This document shows, piece by piece, positions 59,052-64,000 of a DNA stretch of 64,000 nucleotides. Each line of letters starts with the position of its first letter. Positions within the stretch are counted from its first letter, which is position 1. The stretch is from Promethearchaeota archaeon. GTDB taxonomy: Archaea; Asgardarchaeota; Lokiarchaeia; Sigyniarchaeales; SOKP01. The notes under the pieces are model-generated. The model was not told where the DNA came from. It saw only the letters and a program-made list of their open reading frames with translations, and ran no database searches. Position numbers and translations under genes: made by a program. The stretch is taken from positions 32,001-96,000 of the forward strand of contig JBHLNF010000007.1 of NCBI GenBank assembly GCA_048937405.1. The letters run 5' to 3'.

Positions 59052-60665
59052 ATTCTAAAAAATAATTTAAAGATCTCTATTGGTTCATCCGAAATTCCAA
59101 TTCTAGATCGATTCACTTTGATTCATGGAAAAATTAAAAAAGATTTGTTGAATGAATTTAAAAATGATTTGTTTATTGAGATTACAGAAGATATGAATAT
59201 AATATCCATTGTAAAATTTATTCAATTATTACAAGAGCAAACTCAAGAATTATATGAATTGGACAAATCTTTAAATTTATTAGATTATATAAGTGAATAT
59301 AGTAAAATTGCATCTAAAAATATAACCATCTCTTCTCAATTCATTGAAATTATAGGAACTTTAAGTGTAATTTTAAAATATTATAAATTATCAAAAAGAA
59401 GGGAGTTATTATTAAAAGAGTTAGAATTGTCAGAGTATTATGAAAAATCAAGGAATAAAACAACCCTCACAGATTTATTGAATAAATTGAATGAATCCTT
59501 ACTAAAAAATAAAAATAAGTTAAAATTCCTTGAAGAGGACTATCTCAAACAAAAAAACCAAATTACTCAGACTAAAAATAAAATTGAAGAGATAAATCAA
59601 AAAATTCAAGAATTAACTAATCAAAAAAAACAATGTTTTAATCAGATTAATAGAATCACAAGATCAATGAGTGAAAATATCCATAAAGTAAAACAAGAAT
59701 CAAATTCAATTGATACAGACGCTAATAAAAATTTAACAAACGCAGAAAAAATAAGGAATATTCAAAAGAAAGCAAAAGAAATTCAATATGAAATTAACAA
59801 GAATAAAGAAAAGAAAAACCAAATTGAATTAAAATTCAACGATCTGAATCCCATTTTTGAAAGTTATAAGAATGATTATGAAAAGATCTCAGAAATAATT
59901 AATAATGATGAAAATAGAATAAAAGAAATTCAAATAGAAATAAAAAAAGAAATTAGAAATGAAGAAGATAAAAATATTAAAGATCTTTCTTTAGTTGATT
60001 TGCAAACCCTAAAGCCTTTACAAGTAATTAAAGATGATATAGAAAAAGTAGAAAAAGAGTTAGATAAAATTTTAATTCCGAAAGAATTCTTAAATCCTCA
60101 TAATTTTTCCGACATATCCAAAATCATTCAAAAATTAAAAGAATTGGATGAATTCATTGAAAACCATAAATCTGAAGTTACGATTCAGGTAAATGAAGAG
60201 GAAATAGTCAGATGTCTCGAACAATTCGCAAAATTGGAAGATGCACTTGACAGTATAGAATCTATTACTAATATATTCCTGTCAGAAGTTAGTCTAATAG
60301 CCCAATTTAGATTTATTTTAAATGATAATAACCAACTATTTTTTCTTGAAATAAATTTCATCAGAACTGATGAAAACCTAGTTAGTTTTGATGAATTGAC
60401 TACTCCAGAAAAAATTTTTGTCATAATTGTTTTTTATATCTCAATAAAACTATATGTTAAGAGTAAAAATATTATTTTTTCAAATGTTTCAATTTTAAGT
60501 AAATATAATAAAGCAGGTTCTATATATAGAACAATTAGAAAAATTTTACCACTTTTTGAAAAGGATACTCTTCTTTCTGGATTTAATTTAATCTTTATTT
60601 TATCAAACTTAGAATTAAAAAAAGAAATTAAAAATTTAAAAATAAAAACAATACAAGAGACTTGA
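59052..60665 (+). CDS. SMC/Rad50-like coiled-coil protein with degenerate ATPase motifs; probable ATT start
   Basis: Open frame upstream of track start gives EIPILDRFTLIHGKIKKDLL (Walker A position); long coiled coil; FDELTTPEK (signature position), IIFSN (Walker B position), LIFIL strand. Confidence 0.65.
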   Translation: MLKNNLKISIGSSEIPILDRFTLIHGKIKKDLLNEFKNDLFIEITEDMNIISIVKFIQLLQEQTQELYELDKSLNLLDYISEYSKIASKNITISSQFIEIIGTLSVILKYYKLSKRRELLLKELELSEYYEKSRNKTTLTDLLNKLNESLLKNKNKLKFLEEDYLKQKNQITQTKNKIEEINQKIQELTNQKKQCFNQINRITRSMSENIHKVKQESNSIDTDANKNLTNAEKIRNIQKKAKEIQYEINKNKEKKNQIELKFNDLNPIFESYKNDYEKISEIINNDENRIKEIQIEIKKEIRNEEDKNIKDLSLVDLQTLKPLQVIKDDIEKVEKELDKILIPKEFLNPHNFSDISKIIQKLKELDEFIENHKSEVTIQVNEEEIVRCLEQFAKLEDALDSIESITNIFLSEVSLIAQFRFILNDNNQLFFLEINFIRTDENLVSFDELTTPEKIFVIIVFYISIKLYVKSKNIIFSNVSILSKYNKAGSIYRTIRKILPLFEKDTLLSGFNLIFILSNLELKKEIKNLKIKTIQET

Positions 60666-61171
60666 TTTTAATGTCAGCAGAAATGAAAAATATTGAAGAA
60701 ATTGTAAAAAACATTACTAAAATTATTTTAACAAATCCTCAAAAAGTCATTAGAGAAGAAGATCTTCGAAATTTAAGTAAAGAACTTGACTTTGAACAGA
60801 TTATGAGTGAAGTTTATTTAAATTTGAGAAATGTTGGTTTTGAACTGATTAAAACAAAATTCCTTGAACAGCAATATTACGTTTTAACCACAGATGGTAA
60901 AGATGATAATATTACGCCTTCACAATATGGCATTTTAGCCCTAATAATAGCCTTAAGTAAGGAAGTTGATGAAAATATTAAAATAAAGGATTTAAAGGAG
61001 ATTTTTAGTGATTTATGGGCTTCTGATATTCAACATTTAATTGATAACGATTATTTGCGGATGTTTGAAGAGTTAGGAATAATTAAAGTCACTCCATTGG
61101 GAAAAGCAATAATGAAAAATGTCATTAAGGATCTAAGATTACAAAATTTACTTAATTTATTTGAAAATTGA
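60662..61171 (+). CDS. Tandem winged-helix KITE-like protein (NSE1/NSE3-MAGE/ScpB-like)
   Basis: FEQIMSEVYLNLRNVGFELI...YYVL, QYGILALIIAL, IQHLIDNDYL...KVTPLGKA; overlaps the SMC-like stop. Confidence 0.7.
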   Translation: MILMSAEMKNIEEIVKNITKIILTNPQKVIREEDLRNLSKELDFEQIMSEVYLNLRNVGFELIKTKFLEQQYYVLTTDGKDDNITPSQYGILALIIALSKEVDENIKIKDLKEIFSDLWASDIQHLIDNDYLRMFEELGIIKVTPLGKAIMKNVIKDLRLQNLLNLFEN

Positions 61172-61205
61172 TGAAAACTTATAATTTAAAAAAAATAAAA
61201 AGAAA

Positions 61206-61634
61206 TTATTCTTCTATTGGGTTTTCTAAATCCATTTTAAATTGGTCAACAATCTTTTTTACGCGATCTGCTGAAGGGCCTGTCCCTCTTACTTCATTCT
61301 CATCAACAATTATTTTTCCATTCAAAATTGATATAATATTTTGATCTTCAATATAATTAACATGCCCTTTTGAAAATATAGTTGCAATTCTGTCGGCTAA
61401 AGCTTTCATTGGAAATGGTTCTTCTTCTAAACTCACATAGTTGTAGAATGAACTTTTGATAAGAAGTTTTGGAAATGATTTATTTTTCTCATTTTTTGCA
61501 TTAATTAAAATCAGATTTGAATCTTCGGATACTCCCTTTAATTGACCAACAAAGAATTTATCCTTATCAAGATAAACCTTGACAATCTTATCAATTAATA
61601 AACCTAACTCAGTATTATATTGTCTTAATGACAT
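61206..61634 (-). CDS. Lsm/Sm-like protein with C-terminal extension (SmAP3-like)
   Basis: LIDKIVKVYL...FVGQLKG...NLILINA...KLLIK; C-terminal domain ending GTGPSADRVKKI. Confidence 0.85.
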   Translation of the reverse strand: MSLRQYNTELGLLIDKIVKVYLDKDKFFVGQLKGVSEDSNLILINAKNEKNKSFPKLLIKSSFYNYVSLEEEPFPMKALADRIATIFSKGHVNYIEDQNIISILNGKIIVDENEVRGTGPSADRVKKIVDQFKMDLENPIEE

Positions 61635-61812
61635 GATCCATCAGATAATTCCTTTGTAATTGATTTAATTTATTTTTGCTTTTATACTTATTATAGTGAG
61701 TATTTTTTATAAAAACTATATCTTTTATATTCATTTGATATTATTATTGGAAAGATTAGTTATTTTAAACTCTGTATTTTATTAAATAGGAATATTTTTT
61801 AATAATATTAAC

Positions 61813-63021
61813 GTGAAACTAATTGAAGTTATCCAAGTAGACTATTCATCAGAATTATCAAATTTATGTCATTTAGCAAAGAATCTTTACAATTTAGCCA
61901 ATTGGTATGTGAGACAACAGTTCTTTAATCTCAATAATTTTTTAACTTATTATGATTTAGATTTCATTCTAAAAAATAAAGATGCATATCGAATTTTACC
62001 CTCTCAAACATCACAACAAATTCTCAAATATATAACTCGAAATTGGAAGTCCTATTTTAGAGGATTAGAAGAGTATAAAAGAAATTTTAAGAAATTTAAA
62101 AAAGGGCCCAAAATTCCACGATATAAGAAGAAAAATGGAGAATCTATAATAATTTTTACTAATCAGCAGTGTAAAATCAAGAATGGATATTTATATTTTC
62201 CAAAAAGGGTAGATCTTGAACCAATTAAAACAAGAATCACCGAAAGATTAAAAGAAGTGAGGATAGTCTCCTTAGGAGTAAAGTATAAAATTGAACTTGT
62301 ATATGAAAAAGAAGTGAAGGATTTAAGATTAGATAAAAATCACATATTAAGCATTGATTTAGGATTGACTAATCTCATAACTGCAGTAAATAATAATGGG
62401 TGCAAACCATTTATTATTAAAGGTGGGATGATAAAATCTATAAATCAATATTATAACAAGCAATTAGCATATTATAGAAGTATAGAAAATAAGAAAGGTA
62501 ATTTCACCGATACAAAAAGGATTCAAAAACTCCATTTAACTCGAAACAATAAACTTACTACCTTTTTTCATCGAATCTCTAAGAATATAATTGATTATTG
62601 TGTTCAAAATAACATTGGGGCAATAATAATAGGATACAATCATGGCTGGAAGCAAAAAATCAACATAGGAAAAAGAAATAATCAGAAATTTGTACAAATC
62701 CCTTTCCTGAAATTAATAAAACAACTCGAATATAAAGCGAAATTGAAACGAATTCATGTTTTAACTGTCAATGAGAATCATACTTCTAAATGTACTTTCT
62801 TAGATAATGAACCAATTGGAAAACATACAACCTATACAGGAGAAAGAATTTCAAGAGGGCTGTTCAAAACCTCCACAGGTGTTCTACTTAATGCCGATGT
62901 AAATGGGGCATATAATATTATGAGAAAAGCATTCCCAAATGCCATTTCGGTAGATGGGATAGAGGCATTCGGACTAATACCGCAAATACTACAACAAAAT
63001 ATTGTTGATATCAGTATTTGA
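61813..63021 (+). CDS. tnpB: RNA-guided endonuclease TnpB (orphan)
   Basis: AKNLYN, SQQIL, PKIPRY, SIDLGLTN, IIGYNHGWKQ, NENHTSKC, NADVNGAYNI. Confidence 0.93.
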   Translation: MKLIEVIQVDYSSELSNLCHLAKNLYNLANWYVRQQFFNLNNFLTYYDLDFILKNKDAYRILPSQTSQQILKYITRNWKSYFRGLEEYKRNFKKFKKGPKIPRYKKKNGESIIIFTNQQCKIKNGYLYFPKRVDLEPIKTRITERLKEVRIVSLGVKYKIELVYEKEVKDLRLDKNHILSIDLGLTNLITAVNNNGCKPFIIKGGMIKSINQYYNKQLAYYRSIENKKGNFTDTKRIQKLHLTRNNKLTTFFHRISKNIIDYCVQNNIGAIIIGYNHGWKQKINIGKRNNQKFVQIPFLKLIKQLEYKAKLKRIHVLTVNENHTSKCTFLDNEPIGKHTTYTGERISRGLFKTSTGVLLNADVNGAYNIMRKAFPNAISVDGIEAFGLIPQILQQNIVDISI

Positions 63022-63060
63022 AATAAAATGAGCATAATTTTACTTGTTTTAATGGTCTAA

Positions 63061-63717
63061 CTAATCCAAAATATAATTTATAAGTTTGGAGATATTTTCT
63101 CCAGATGTAGCACTGGTTTTAACAATCTTAAGGTTTGGATTAATTTTTTTTGCATCTTTAACCATTTTATCAATATTTATATCCATTACATCAATTAAAT
63201 CAAGTTTATTGATCACAGCTATATCTGACATTTTAAAGAGCATTGGATGTTTTTCTATTACCCATTCACCCTCTGTTATGGATACGATTACTATTCTTTT
63301 CTCAGTACCCAAAATAAAATCGGAAGGACATATCATGTTTCCCACATTTTCAATGAAAAGAATATCAACCTCCTCTAAATCATAGTTTTTTAATACTTGA
63401 GAGATATGATATGAATTTAAGGCACATTCTCGACCAGTATTTATCTGAATTGTTTTAACTCCATGCTGTTCAATTCTATCAGAATCTATTCGAGTAGCAA
63501 CATCACCATTTATAACTAAAATTCTGTATTTTTTAGCAATTTCTTGAACTATCGATTCAATTATCGCTGTTTTACCTGCTCCTATCGCTCCAACAAAATC
63601 AAAAGCTCTTATATTTTTCTCTTTTAATATTTGAATATTTTGTTCTGCCAATTTATCATTATTTCCTATTAAATCTTCATTTAATTCAATTATCCGAGAA
63701 ATTTTCTTTTCAGACAT
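63061..63717 (-). CDS. hypB: Hydrogenase nickel incorporation GTPase HypB
   Basis: GAIGAGKT, QINTGREC, IENVGNMICP, SITEG, KHP, INKLD, SATSG. Confidence 0.95.
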   Translation of the reverse strand: MSEKKISRIIELNEDLIGNNDKLAEQNIQILKEKNIRAFDFVGAIGAGKTAIIESIVQEIAKKYRILVINGDVATRIDSDRIEQHGVKTIQINTGRECALNSYHISQVLKNYDLEEVDILFIENVGNMICPSDFILGTEKRIVIVSITEGEWVIEKHPMLFKMSDIAVINKLDLIDVMDINIDKMVKDAKKINPNLKIVKTSATSGENISKLINYILD

Positions 63718-63818
63718 CTTAATTTTTCAATTACTCTTTTAACTTTGATAGAATATAAAAATAAAGATTTACTCCTTGATAATTCTTGTGAATTTGAATG
63801 AAATTTGTGAATCAAGTT

Positions 63819-64000
63819 CTATCTTATGGGAAATTGATACTTATAAATTATATAAGCGCCTAAAATTCCTCCCAATTCAGGTAGGTAAACTATAATATAA
63901 GAAAGATCATACCAAATAAATAATAAAACGGGAAGTACCCTAAGCAATATGATAATTAATAGCAAAGATCTTCCATTCATTCTAACTGGAAGAAAATACA
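63819..64000 (-). CDS. 3' end of a rhomboid-like membrane protein (partial)
   Basis: ...YFLPVRMNGRSLLLIIILLRVL...VYLPELGGILGAYIIYKYQFPIR-stop; runs off the window. Confidence 0.6.
   Translation of the reverse strand, partial: YFLPVRMNGRSLLLIIILLRVLPVLLFIWYDLSYIIVYLPELGGILGAYIIYKYQFPIR

Noticed and set aside
53343-61171. Calling the operon a canonical Wadjet/MksBEFG system
   Set aside because: No Toprim nuclease (JetD), the SMC-like protein is short (~540 aa) with degenerate motifs, and an AAA ATPase is present.
344-63385. Many short antisense or overlapping ORFs in the track (e.g. 344-628, 8595-8831, 12847-13182, 19674-19985, 32096-32533, 63086-63385)
   Set aside because: They lie opposite or within well-supported genes, with no motifs or SD; shadow ORFs.
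1-64000. CRISPR array, rRNA, integrase or TnpA
   Set aside because: No regularly spaced repeat-spacer run, rRNA-like GC-rich segment, or recombinase motif was seen.

Overview
Very AT-rich archaeal DNA whose gene content points to an Asgard archaeon (Lokiarchaeia-like; inferred from a roadblock-small GTPase fusion, a longin protein, an OST5/TMEM258-like protein and unsplit RpoB). Most of it is core information-processing backbone: PAN, MBF1, TFE, RpoH/RpoB, Cbf5, PolD DP2/DP1, Cdc6, CarS, archease/RtcB, HisG, pelota, Elf1, Lsm and HypB. Most notable observations: (1) a 50-aa ORF missing from the ORF track (40457-40609) that reads like a stand-alone WH2 actin-binding peptide, about 3 kb from a BAR-like gene and a coiled-coil/polyproline/amphipathic-helix gene, together suggesting an actin-membrane regulatory module. 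(2) Three tRNA genes with only non-canonical introns, including a tRNA-Leu(GAG) that parses into four ~30-nt introns, one nested inside another. (3) An operon of AAA ATPase, apparently ATPase-dead SMC-like protein, KITE (NSE1/NSE3/MAGE-like) subunit and wHTH/PC4-like proteins. (4) A ~5-kb insertion into that operon, flanked by a 195-bp gene-start duplication, carrying a metallophosphoesterase-radical SAM/SPASM fusion and a nucleotidyltransferase. (5) At least three genes that appear to start at ATT. (6) Two TnpB genes with the rearranged RuvC glutamate, one inserted between the divergent PolD genes. All family assignments come from motif recognition by eye, not database searches.
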